DNA of 62,626 nt, filler included, from Vannella sp. (GCA_023345925.1; 7 parts of 7 records of this genome joined end to end with filler, not necessarily neighbours in it), one strand, 5' to 3'. Positions 31,973-43,500 are shown, numbered from the whole stretch's first letter. Notes: generated from the sequence alone by a model not told the origin. Program-made: numbers and translations.

Positions 31973-33886
31973 ATGGACCAAAAGGGAGGACACGTGTTCG
32001 TGGTCCAAGGGAGCGTGAGCACGTTGGGAGCTGATGTTCTTCTACTGCCGAGTGGCTCGGGCCTTTGGTGTGACTTCCATGACTCGTGGGCAGTACATCA
32101 CATGCGAGATGCTAGTGTAGCTGACCTGGCTGAATTGGGAGAGAGCGCTGCGCTGTTGGATGGCGAGTTGGTTCGGTGGGTGGTGGGGGACTCTCGCCCC
32201 GTCGTTTATACGTTTACAAGCACTGGGGACTCCCTCGCCCCATACATGGAAGCTCTGCAGAGAGCTCTGCCGCTCATCTTCCAACAAGCAGAGGCAAAGG
32301 AGATACGAGGACCACGTTTTCGTCGGCAGAGGCATCTTCTTGGAGTTCCTCTGCACCAAAGAGAGTGCAAAGCTTCAGAACTGAAAGAGGTATTGGCACT
32401 TCTCCAAGAGACAGTCGCCTTGGCACCCTACTTGGACATCGTCCTCATTACCGCAAGTCACTCCACTCTTACTCTGGCTCAGGACTTGCGCTTGCAAGCT
32501 GCAGACCAGTATTGGCCTGAGTTCTACGTCAAAAAGTCTAAAGAGTACTCCTCTCTAGTAACCAAGGCCACAGACTTGGCAAACTGGGCCGCTCAAGGAA
32601 AACTTGTTCTTTTCGTCGGTGCAGGAGTGAGCATTGGCTCTGGGATGCCTTTGTGGGGTGGTCTATTAGATTCTCTTGCAGATCAGGCTTCTATTGACAC
32701 CCAACATCCTCATTGGCATCACTTAAACTTCCTAAATAAGGCGGAATTGATTCAGAAGAGGATGACTGAAAATGGAGCTGACTTTGGTGAGGCAGTAGCA
32801 GCAAGAACGACGACTTCCTTTCACTCTCTGCAACACTCTTTGTTGGCTTGTCTACCGTGCAACGAAATCATCACGACTAACTACGACCAATGCATGGAAT
32901 TGGCCTCTTTGGGAGCTAATCCTGAGAGAATCAGTGTCCTTCCCTTTAGTCCTAACCCTCTTTCGGCGCGGTGGATACTCAAGATGCATGGCTGCACTTC
33001 TGTACCTTCTGGGATTGTTCTTACCCGGCGGGATTACTTGCGATACATGGAGAATAACGCTGCCCTTGCAGGGATTGTCCAGACTCTCCTCTTTACGTCT
33101 CAGATGCTCTTTGTAGGGTTCTCTATGCAGGATGACAACTTTCATAAGATTGCTGATTCTGTGAGAAAAGCCAGGCAGAAGTCAGAAGAGAGTCAGCAGA
33201 TTGGCACAACTCTTCAACTGTTTTCGAATCCATTGAACGATGAGCTGTGGGGAGAAGAATTGAACTTTATTTACATGGAGAATCAGTTGGACAACCCGAA
33301 TGGAGAAGATTTTGCGCGTGCTGGGAGGAAAATAGAACTGTTTCTGGACCTTGTGTTGGCTAAGTCGTCTGTGAAAGAGCCTTCCCGATTGCTTGACCCT
33401 CGCTTTAAAGATTCTGTGACAAAAGAAGAAGATGCGCTGAAACAGAAGCTCATGGCTTTTCTGGAAACGATTCCTTCTGCCGTGCGCCTTCATCCCAGCT
33501 GGAATCACATGAGGAGGATGTTTCTGGAGCTCGGCTGCCCTGAGGACCTTCTTGGTGCCTACGAATCAGACTCTGGGGAAGAGAACTCTGAATCAGAGTT
33601 AAAGCTGGGAGATCTCTGTGAGCAGGATGAGAGTAACAGCATTCGACAGAAGGAAATCGAAAGTCAGCCCTCAAGCCCCAAAGAAGAAAAGAGTCCAGAG
33701 ACCTTACTATTGAAAGAGGAGACTGAGGAAGAGGAGTCCAAGAGAAATGAGGGGACGAGAATCGCAACACAGAGCGCCGGGATTATCCAGGTACAAGAAG
33801 AGTCCGATACAATGGGAAATGCTTCAAAGAAGAGAGAGGAAAGAATCCCAACAAATGAGACATCCAGGAGAGGAGGAGATTCATAA
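31973..33886 (+). CDS. Macrodomain-like + SIR2_2 (SIR2-like NADase) protein of bacterial type, intronless
   Basis: N-terminus GHVFVVQGSVSTLGADVLLLP. SIR2 motifs LVLFVGAGVSIGSGMPLWGGLL, IITTNYD, ILKMHGC, IVLTRRDY, MLFVGFSMQDDNF. Acidic low-complexity tail. Confidence 0.82.
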   Translation: MDQKGGHVFVVQGSVSTLGADVLLLPSGSGLWCDFHDSWAVHHMRDASVADLAELGESAALLDGELVRWVVGDSRPVVYTFTSTGDSLAPYMEALQRALPLIFQQAEAKEIRGPRFRRQRHLLGVPLHQRECKASELKEVLALLQETVALAPYLDIVLITASHSTLTLAQDLRLQAADQYWPEFYVKKSKEYSSLVTKATDLANWAAQGKLVLFVGAGVSIGSGMPLWGGLLDSLADQASIDTQHPHWHHLNFLNKAELIQKRMTENGADFGEAVAARTTTSFHSLQHSLLACLPCNEIITTNYDQCMELASLGANPERISVLPFSPNPLSARWILKMHGCTSVPSGIVLTRRDYLRYMENNAALAGIVQTLLFTSQMLFVGFSMQDDNFHKIADSVRKARQKSEESQQIGTTLQLFSNPLNDELWGEELNFIYMENQLDNPNGEDFARAGRKIELFLDLVLAKSSVKEPSRLLDPRFKDSVTKEEDALKQKLMAFLETIPSAVRLHPSWNHMRRMFLELGCPEDLLGAYESDSGEENSESELKLGDLCEQDESNSIRQKEIESQPSSPKEEKSPETLLLKEETEEEESKRNEGTRIATQSAGIIQVQEESDTMGNASKKREERIPTNETSRRGGDS

Positions 33887-34142
33887 AGAGAAGATTGAAC
33901 TCGTGTGATTCCGAGAGCGGAAGTTTGTTTTCTGTGTCAGAAGGGGCACAACTCGATCTCCATTTGATTTCTTCCGACTTGAGCCTTTGAAATGGGCCGA
34001 AAGAGTTGGATCCCGATATGGAGAATGCAAGCTCCTCACTCCAATGCTTCCCATTTTTATTTGGTTTCTATTTTCGGCTGCACGCTCGGAAGTCATCTCT
34101 ATTGTTGAGGGGAATTGAGAAGAAGTGGGAATGGGGATGTGA

Positions 34143-34889
34143 ATGCATGAAAACTATCAGATGCCGTTCCCCCATGTAAGGGCGATTTTGGGTAGTGTAA
34201 CTACCGCTCATTTCCCATTTCCTCATTCTGTATCGAACCCTACCCAGATGACACCTCCCTTCGGATCATATCAACTTCTCGAAGAGTTTGGTCCAACACC
34301 CTTTGAAGCCGTTCCTGGCTTTACCTTCAACAACCCGGAGCTGGATGGTTGGATTCGAATGGAAGCCTTCTCTCGCATGGGAAAGTCTCGTGCTTGGCAA
34401 GAGGCTGATTGGCAAATGTTGGAGATTGGAAAGACCCGAAAACTGGTTGTGACGGCTCATCGCTCCAACCCAAAGGACACAACGTTTGTTCGCATCCAAT
34501 CTGATGGGAATCTTCGGCTGAAAAACGAGTTTGGGCATGAACCGCTCTGCGTCGACTCATCTTTCCAGACTTTGCCACTTCCAGCAATCTCCGAGACTTT
34601 CACCAATCAGAAGATATTTGCTCTATGTTCTGATCTGGGGCATGGCTCTCTGCATCTAGTTGTTACACCAATCACCAAATCATCCACAGCAAACCTCACC
34701 ATCAATATCTCTCCCTCCGCAAACTCAGAGTGGCTTTGTCTAAGAGAGTGGCAGATCAGATGCCGGGATCACCACTATGAAAGCTCTTCCTCTGCTATAG
34801 AAGAACACAAACGCCGCCCTGAAAGCCCTCACTACCAGCGCTACCTCGTATCTCTTCCCTCCAATCTCCTTTGGGAATCCTGGAGCTAA
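34143..34889 (+). CDS. Hypothetical protein (start may be 34248)
   Basis: 248-codon intronless ORF with no recognised motif. Confidence 0.4.
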   Translation: MHENYQMPFPHVRAILGSVTTAHFPFPHSVSNPTQMTPPFGSYQLLEEFGPTPFEAVPGFTFNNPELDGWIRMEAFSRMGKSRAWQEADWQMLEIGKTRKLVVTAHRSNPKDTTFVRIQSDGNLRLKNEFGHEPLCVDSSFQTLPLPAISETFTNQKIFALCSDLGHGSLHLVVTPITKSSTANLTINISPSANSEWLCLREWQIRCRDHHYESSSSAIEEHKRRPESPHYQRYLVSLPSNLLWESWS

Positions 34890-35174
34890 CCGGCCCAAAG
34901 TTTGGCCTTCAGTAAACTTATAAATGTTAATTTTAATTCCAACCTTCACTGCAAAGATCACAAACTCACACTTGGTCCTCATTATTGCATCATTATGGCT
35001 ACAGTTTCTGCTCAGAGACGAAATGGCTCCAAAAGAACATGTTTTGCGGATCTGTATTACTTTATAGTTGCAATGAATCGGAGCGTCAATTGTTCACTCT
35101 CTGTTGTTTGGACGAAAGAGGCGGCCTGAAGTCGTCGGAAGCTGACTTGAACGTTCCTCAAGGCTTGGCACTAG

Positions 35175-37237
35175 ATGAAAGGCATTTTTAGCTTCTTTGG
35201 TAAGAAGGATGAGCCAGCACCGATGGACATCGGAACGCCTTACGGGTACAAGCAGAACTTTCATGTTGGCTTCGACTCCGCCACGGGTCAGTTCCAGGTG
35301 CGAAACTACTCTCCTAGTTCTCTGATCATTCTTAGAGCTTCAAACTGACAAGGGTGGAAGGGTCTCCCTCCAGAATGGTCTGCCATGCTGAAAATGTCTG
35401 GCATCTCCGCACAGGAGGCCGCAGATAACCCTGATGATGTGATGAAGATCCTACAGTTCCAATCAGGACTACTTGGGCTGCCTGTTAATGCTCCACCTCC
35501 AGCTCCTCCCACAGCTCCACCACCAGTGACATCGCCTCCTCCAGGGGTCCCTTCTTATGGTCCTCCGCTGACTTCAACACCTCCTGCAAGCCCAGGAACG
35601 AGGGGACGTGGTCGTGGTCGTGGTGGGTTCACGGGAGACGGAGGCGGTTCTACGACTCCTCACCGTGCCACCTCGCCCGCACTTGTGCCTCCTCCTGTTG
35701 TACAAGACTACGAAGAGGACTATGACTGTATCCCAGCTCCTTTACCTGATGGCCCACCACCACCAAGACCAGATGTTCCTCCTCCAGACTTCGTTCCGGA
35801 GGGTTACAGCCTTCCTGTAGCTCCACAAGCTGCTCCAGTACGTCAGGTTCCCGCTTTTGTAAGTGAGAAGCCTCCTCTACCACCCACACCGAAAGCTGCA
35901 GTGGGGACAAGTCCAACGGTCGCCAAACAAGTTGCTGGGCGACCAGTATCGGTTGTAAAGCCGGCTACTACTGCATCAAGACCACCGCTCCCTCAGACTC
36001 CTACAACTCCCGCAACTCCTGCTGCTGTATCGAGGCCACCTCTCCCTCAAACGCCCACAACTCCAGCCGCTGTGGGTCGTCCAACACCACAGACAGGACG
36101 TCCCACCCCTCCTCCTCCAACAGGACGACCCACTCCTCCCCCTTCCACAGGACGACCGACTCCTCCTCCATCCAAGGGCGCTCCACCTCCAGGATCTCCA
36201 GCCACTACACCTTCCAAGCCACGTGTGACATTGCGTACGTCTCATCGCTCTCACTGCCGTCGTGCGGAAGCTGACGGAGGGCTCAGAGCAGATTGTGACT
36301 CCTGGGGACCCAAACGATGCCTACAAGGATCTAACCATGATCGGGCAGGGCGCTTCCGGGTCCGTCTACCTCGCAACAGAGGTTGCAACAGGGAACAAAG
36401 TAGCCGTTAAGCAGATCATCGTGGCGAAGCAAGTCAACAAGCAGGTTATCGTCAACGAAGTCTCCTTGATGAAGCAGTGCCAGCATCCCAGCATTGTACA
36501 GTTCCTTGATAGCTACTTGCTCAATGGAACCTTGTGGGTGGCTATGGAGCTGATTGATGGAGAAGACTTGACGCAAGTCATCGCTGCCTCCAAAGTGACG
36601 GAGAAGCAGATTGCGTACATTACTCGAGAGACTCTCGCTGGCTTGGGACATCTTCATGAAAAGGAAATAGTTCACCGCGATATCAAATCAGACAACGTGA
36701 TGGTCGCTATGGATGGTCGAGTGAAGATAAGTGAGTGAGCATGTACTTTTGACCTTGTCTTTGGCTCACATGAAGGCAGCTGACTTTGGATACGGAGCAC
36801 AGCTGGACTCTGACGAGAATAAGAGAAAGTCTGTAGTGGGTACAACGTATTGGATGGCGCCAGAAGTCATCAAGGCAGAACCATATGATTGCAAGGTGGA
36901 CATCTGGAGTTTGGGAATGATGGTCATGGAGATGTTTGAAGGACAACCTCCTTACATGAACGAACCATCCACCATGCGCGCTCTCTTCTTAATCGTCTCC
37001 AAAGGGCGCCCGCCTTACCAAGATGAAGCTTCCATGTCAGCAGAAATCAAAGATTTCATCGCCCGATGCACTCAAATGGCAGCGGCTGACCGACCTTCCG
37101 CAGCAGAGCTTCTTCTCCATCCCTTCCTTCAAAACGTCTGCTCTCCTTCTGAACTCATTCCCTTGGTCCAAAAGGCAAAGGCAGAATCTAACAAAGTCTT
37201 TGAGGAGGATGGAGGAGACGACGAGGGTTATTGGTAA
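35175..37237 (+). CDS. PAK/STE20 kinase with CRIB domain and Pro-rich linker, 4 exons
   Basis: CRIB DIGTPYGYKQNFHVGFD..GLPPEW; kinase IGQGASGSV, VAVK, HRDIKSDN, KI|TDFG (spliced), GTTYWMAPE. Confidence 0.92.
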
Positions 37238-37336
37238 CTTCCTCAATGCCAATGGACGCGTTATAGATCTTCCCATGTGAAATACACACAAGTGACCTTC
37301 ACTTCTGGCCTCACTCCTCCAGTTGAGGTAAAGGCT

Positions 37337-37870
37337 TTATATGGAAGAGTTCTTATCTTGTGGGAACGCTACAAGACGTTGCAATGGAACATCCTTTGGT
37401 CTGCGAATGGGAGTGGTGAGGGAGAAGAGGCCTTTCTCGAACTCGCTGACGAGAGGAGACTGGCAAGAGCATTCCTTGATGGCTCCATCATGTCCTAAAT
37501 GAATCAAACGATATCCAAGCCGAGGTAGAAGAGCGGTGAGGAAAGCTCCAGGAGCCAGCTTCCGGAAGACTTTCTTTTTCTCCTTTTCGGAGAGAACGCC
37601 CCAAAAGTAAGGCACTGTGAAGTGTTGGTTGGGTTCAGAGGAGAGTTTGACACGTGGAACAGGTTGAGAAGCCCACCCTCGGTCGGTCAGGAAGCGGAGA
37701 ACGGCCGTTGCGCATCCGTTCTCTCGAATAAAGAGAGTCTCGAGCATGGGGAGGGGGAAGGAGGGGAACATTCGGTGGAGAAACTTGCACTCTTGGATAA
37801 GGATCTTGTGTGGGCTCTGATCGAGCACTGGCATTGTCCCTTCGCCATGGAGGAAAGAAAGGAAGCCCAT
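37337..37870 (-). CDS. Hypothetical protein with CUE-like and degenerate SH2-like segments
   Basis: FLHRMFPSFPLPMLETLFIRENGCATAVLRFL (CUE-like) and PYFWGVLSEKEKKKVFRKLAPGAFL (SH2 N-terminal pattern). Confidence 0.45.
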   Translation of the reverse strand: MGFLSFLHGEGTMPVLDQSPHKILIQECKFLHRMFPSFPLPMLETLFIRENGCATAVLRFLTDRGWASQPVPRVKLSSEPNQHFTVPYFWGVLSEKEKKKVFRKLAPGAFLTALLPRLGYRLIHLGHDGAIKECSCQSPLVSEFEKGLFSLTTPIRRPKDVPLQRLVAFPQDKNSSI

Positions 37871-39137
37871 TGTCCCTCCCAAGGGCGGAAGAGACTCTTG
37901 CTCACAGTGGCTCAGAGCAATGAACGAACCAGTGATAGTCTTCTTCTCTTTCTGAGAGTTCAAATCGATGTAGGAACGAGAAACCACACGAGAGGAAAGC
38001 CCCGTATCTTTCACCGAAGTGCTCCTCGATCTTGTCTTCACCTTGGGAGACTGGAGCGTGAAAGTACGGCGCATGGTCATCCTTTGAGGGCACGAAAGTA
38101 ATAAACGACCGACTCTTACACCAAACACTTCCTTAGGAAGCCGTCGTTTTCTCCTAATCGGGCGTTTGGGGTGGACCTGACACCAGCAGGACCTAAATGA
38201 GTCTGTTGTTAATAAACCCCTAATCCCGTAGAAAAAGATTGATAGGACTGTTCTCCAGAGATTATAATTTGGCATTTTCCTGTGGGCTGGGGTTCTGCGC
38301 TTGCTTCCTTGGGATTGGAGCTGGCTCTCTTTCTTTGTTGTGACGCTGTACAAGTGTGGACGACGCGCATCACGAGGAACACTCCCCAGTGAGGGGAGCG
38401 GCAAGAGAATGGCGCGGTGGGGGCAAGTTGATGGTTCTCATCGGCACCCGACTTGCTCTTGTCGAGTGCTGAAGTTAAGGATAGAGGGAAGTTGGGCTAC
38501 AACTCCAAAACCATACCGTGGTGGAGCTTCTGATTCTGCTCTTCCCTTTGTTTGGCCCTCCCTCTCGCAGACTTCGGATGAGGCTGTGAACGCCGAGTTA
38601 TGAGTTGTTGAATGAAACTCTGTACAAAGAGAGGATGAGCCTGTAAGGAAAGAGGAGTTGCTTGGCCTCTTTCGCTACTCAATGATTCGCGGTTTCGATG
38701 CAGACCGATTTATGACGAAGATTCGATCGTGATGCTTCAAGAACCAAGCGCAACACACATGGAAGTCTGTTTCCTGAAGTTGTAACCTGTGACCACAGCT
38801 CAAACAATCCGGAGGTTTACCAACTCGACGATCAGGTGGGCAGTGGTCCCACAAAAAGACCAAGATTTAAGACTTTCAGATAGATCAACTGATCATTGCT
38901 ACCATTGGACTCCCCTGCAGGTCTTATATTTGACCGTACACTGCACTGCGTAAGCCTCTCTGGCGCCTCTGATTGAACCGGCAACCTTGTTGATTTTCCA
39001 TCCTCCCCTTCCACTTGATGAGAATAGCTTTTCTCCTTCCATCCTAGGAACAGATCTTTCTTCAACAACTGATCATTGAGAAGGCGGATTCCCTTTTTTC
39101 GCCAACACGAGCCAGCGATGGAGAGGAATCTCTTTTT

Positions 39138-40169
39138 TTGTGGAAACCCGGTTTTGGTAAACAGATGGGGAACCGCATCCTCCTTGCTGAAGCCGGATAC
39201 TTAGGCCATGCCCGCTTGTCCACGGACAAAGCTGCCACTACGAAGAAAGTGCTCCAAATGGGAAGAGCTCCGGCCACTACGAAGAAAGAGCTCCAAACGA
39301 GAATAGCTCCGTCCAGATTCTCATCTACCAAGGACATGTCTGTGGGCAACCAAAGCATCACTTGGATCAACTCAACGGCCAACCTGGATGGCAGCTTGCG
39401 ATTGGCTTGCGGAGGCTCATTCCCCCTCAAGGACTCTCTCCTGAAGGCTTCTTCTGTTACACTTTACCCTGGCACTGTCTCTGTCGTAGCCAATTCATCC
39501 TTTTCAGTTCAAGTAGAAATGATTTGTGGCTCGGGGGGAGATGGCCACGTGGAGTCCACCTCCATCTCTGGCCCTACCATTAAAATGGAAGGAACCAACT
39601 TCACGCTTTTTCAATCTGCTTTGAACGGTTCCTCATCGATTGCGTTCCAAGGATAAGGTACCATCGCCCTATCTCAATCAACCTTTATCTCATTTAGGAC
39701 GCCGACGGGCTGGGAGTCAGAGACCCCAACTGTCTCGCCAAGCTCCTCAAGCTCGCCCTCGCGAACACCCACTGTCTCTCCTAGCTCCTCTAGCTCGCCG
39801 TCGCAAAGTTCCAGCTCCTCCGTTTCGCCCTCGCAAACCCCAACTGTCTCCCCCAGTTCTTCAAGCTCGCCCTCACGAACTTCCAGCTCCTCAGTTTCTG
39901 CTTCAGATACTCCCAGCTCCTCTGTTTCTCCTTCGAACACTCCCAGCTCCTCCGTTTCGCCCTCAGAAACTCCAAGCAGACAGTCTCTTCCGTTCCTGCC
40001 TCACAAAGCCCACAGTCTCTCTCAGCCCGTCAAGCTCACCTTCCGAGTCCCCGTCCAGCACCCATTCGGTGACGAGCTCCCCGTCTGCCTCTTCTTCCAG
40101 TTCTCGCTCTGGTACCGAAAGCTCTTCTCCGACTTTCAGCAACTCTGCAAAGGCGTCCACCAGCTCATC
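39138..40169 (+). pseudogene. Disrupted Ser/Thr/Pro-rich mucin-like surface protein gene, 3'-truncated
   Basis: In-frame TAA at 39654-39656 followed by in-frame TPTVSPSSSSSPS repeats, then frame changes near 39980-40010. Confidence 0.5.
39722..39977 (+). repeat. Degenerate coding tandem repeats (TPTVSPSSSSSPS / TPSSSVSPS)
   Basis: Recurrent ACCCCAACTGTCTC and CCAGCTCCTCCGTTTCGCCCTC units. Confidence 0.75.
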
Positions 40170-40269
40170 NNNNNNNNNNNNNNNNNNNNNNNNNNNNNNN
40201 NNNNNNNNNNNNNTTAATTAATTAANNNNNNNNNNNNNNNNNNNNNNNNNNNNNNNNNNNNNNNNNNNN
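40170..40269. other. Artificial contig linker
   Basis: N-run/TTAATTAATTAA/N-run. Confidence 0.98.
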
Positions 40270-40538
40270 ACGGAAAATATTGGAAAGGGTGAAATGCGAT
40301 TTTCTTCTTCGGTACTATGTCGTATTGATCAAATAGAACCCTCAAACGATAGAGAAAGGTCTTGTACAATCATTCGTGTCATTAAAAATGTTCCAACATG
40401 CTTCTACTAAGAGACCAACCATTTTCAAAAACAGGTGGCCCATTTCCGGTCCTGATGCCAAAAAGCGATGATGAGGACCACTTCAGTGGTGAATTGATTG
40501 GTGGCTGAGCGGTCCTCGAGTCATTTTGGGGCGGAGGG

Positions 40539-43500
40539 ATGGTGGGGACTTGGCTCCTCGTCTCTTTTGATGCCCAAAAGGATGTGGAGGCGGCCATGGA
40601 CCTGCTCCGGGTTTCAAAGGTTCGTTAGAGTGCCTATTGCATGGGTGCTGACAAGCTTGGTCAGAGTGTGAACAGGGGAGAGCTTGGGGAGGTGGTTCCT
40701 TTCATATTCTCCCCACAGAGTGATGTGGAGCGGGAGAGGGAAAGGGTGAATGCTCTCTATTCCGCACGCGAAAGCTATGCCTTGTTTGCAATCCACGGCG
40801 ATGCGCAGCCACGTCTCTTTGCGTGCTCCCAAGGGTAGGTTCCCTTCATACCCCTTGGCCTTGCTCCTTACACCCCAAAGCACATCCATTACCATCTCAT
40901 ACGATGAACATGGCCTCGTCTATCAAGTTCTTGCTTCCGCTGAGCAGGACACCTTCAGAGCACAGAGTTCTTCGCTCCGTATTGAAAACCTCCCCTTCGA
41001 ACTGCTTAGCGCGCTTCTCCCTAGCATTGATATCGACAGAGATGCATTCGCATGGATAGACAAAGCTTCTTGGCGCAAGTGCCTTGCTGATGCACCTCCA
41101 GACATCAAAGAGTTCACCGTCTCCGTGTCCGAGGGAGTTCGTGTGAGTCTCGGTTCGGGGGAAAATGGGCTCTTGAGCTCACAGATAGGATAGAACATCA
41201 TGTTAGGATATCGGCTTTGGCGCCACACTGTCAAAGAGCGCTCTAAAGGGCGATCTTCTGCGATTGACCCATTCCGCGGAGCTAATGGAGGTGCGGCCAT
41301 CCTCTTCCAGCTGATCTAATTCTCACACCAGTACTAGGAGCGACAATGGGAGTCCCGCTAGGAGGCATAGGCTGTGGGAGTATTGGCAGAGGTTACCGGG
41401 GAGACTGTTCTCGGTATGCTGAAGCCTTCCCTGGATCAGAGAGTACTAACATACGACAAGGTGGCTTCTAAGACCGGGATATCCAAAGTATAGGATGGCA
41501 GAGGCCAACCAGTTCTCCTTCCGATGCCGACCAGTCTCTCTTGACCGCCCCAGTATCTGCACAGTAATGTTCCCTGAAGCCCCAGAGGCGAAGCACAAGA
41601 GTGCTGTTCCACTTTCCTGGCAATGGGGTCTTCATAATCGACTGGAAGAGAGCTATTATCACGCTCTATTCCCTCGAGCCCACACCGTCTACAACTGTTT
41701 TCAGCCAGAACTACGCCTTCAATGCACTCAGATGTCTCCAGTGATAGCTGGAAACTACAAAGAGAGCAGCTATCCTGTGGCACTCTTTCAATGGGAGATA
41801 TCTAATCAGTCAGATGAAGACCAGGAAGTCAGTCTCATGTTCACTTGGGAAAACTCAATGGGACTCCGTCTTGATTACGGACACGGTTCAGGACATGTCA
41901 ATGAACACTTCACGCGGGAACAATGTGACAAAAAGATCACAGGAGTGAAGTTAACTCATCGGCAGACCAAAATATGCGAATATGAAGACAAAAAGCACAT
42001 CCACCACTCCACATACCATGACCACTTGAGCTATGCCATTGCAGCAATTGATGAAGGAGATGGTTCACTCACATTCCGCTCCACCACAAAGGTGACTAGC
42101 AAAGTGGATTCTGACAAGCTTTGGAGCCAATTTAGGAAGGGTGGTGAGCTTGACAACTCAAATGATACTTCTCCGACGTTGAAGGGGCGGACTTGTGCTG
42201 CTCTTTGTTACAAGAAAGTCATTCCCGCGAAGACTCGAGCCACTTTCCGGTATGCTGTCGCTTGGCACATGCCCGTTATCCGCTTTGGAAGTGCTAGGGC
42301 GTACTATAGGCGATACACTGAGTTCTATGGCACCAACAACGATGTTGCAGAGCGTTTGGCAGCTGATGCACTCCTTCGATGGAGTGAATGGAACTATTTG
42401 ATTGACAAATGGCAATCAACCATTCTGGATAATCCGGAGTTCCCTGACTTCTACAAGCACGGGCTCTTCAATGAGCTGTACTATTTAGTTTCTGGTGGAT
42501 CAGAGTGGCTCTCAGGCCCAGTTCCAGACGAGGCAAACATTGCCAGTAAGGACATCGTAGATTCTGAGTCACCTCCCAGTTCATCTGGCTCTTCTGTTCC
42601 GAATTTGGATGAAGAGAGAGCTAACCATGTTGATGGGGACCTCATCTTCCACAAAGTCGGCAAGTTTCTGTACTTGGAGAGTTTAGAGTATCTTATGTAC
42701 AACACTTACGATGTTCACTGGTACGCTTCCTTCGCTTTGGCCATGTGCTGGCCAGAGCTCGAGGTGAGTTTACAAAAGGACATTGCCGTTGCCACCATGC
42801 AAGACTACAACACCAGTTGGCGGATTCTCGGGAGCGGAGATCTTGGGCAACGCAAGGTTGCTGGGGCGGTGCCTCACGATGTTGGTCATCCTGCAGGAGA
42901 TCCCTGGTATCAAGTGAATTCCTACAACATTCAAGATGTCAGCCGCTGGAAGGACCTGAATAGCAAATTTGTCTTACAGACATATCGTGACTATCTTCTC
43001 TCGAAGGACCGCGCGTTTCTGGAGGAAATGTGGCCTGTTGTAGCACATACTGTGGAGTATCTGCGAGTCTTCACCAATCCAGAAGATGACATCAGCAGCC
43101 CTGAGGAGAAGGCTGCCTTCGAGGAAGGTGGTAAAGAGTCTCCTTTCTTCCACTGTATGGTCGAAAACCAAGGCTTCCCGGATCAAACTTACGATGTCTG
43201 GTCTGTAAAGGGGTGCAGTGCATATTGTGGGGGACTTTGGGTGGCCTGCCTTGCTGCCACAGCTAAAATGGCAGAAATTTTAGGTCTGGAGAAGGCCCAA
43301 GTCAAATACTCGCAGATGCACCACTACGCCAAGATCTACTATGAGAAGAAGCTGTGGAATGGGAGCTATTTCAACTACGACTGTTCGTCAAGCGCTGTGG
43401 CGGATTCCATCATGTCCGACCAGCTTGCAGGGAATTGGTATTCCATCTCTTGTGGACTGGGAGGGGTGGTCGGGGAGGAGTCAGCAAAGAAGGCCTTGCA

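Noticed and set aside
37871..38404. 5' half of the 355-aa ORF 37337-38404
   Set aside because: Non-ATG start and UTR-like composition; coding signal is convincing only from the ATG at 37870.
39654..39656. Stop-codon reassignment (TAA read as sense)
   Set aside because: TAA, TAG and TGA all terminate conserved genes in this window, and other apparent internal stops are explained by introns.
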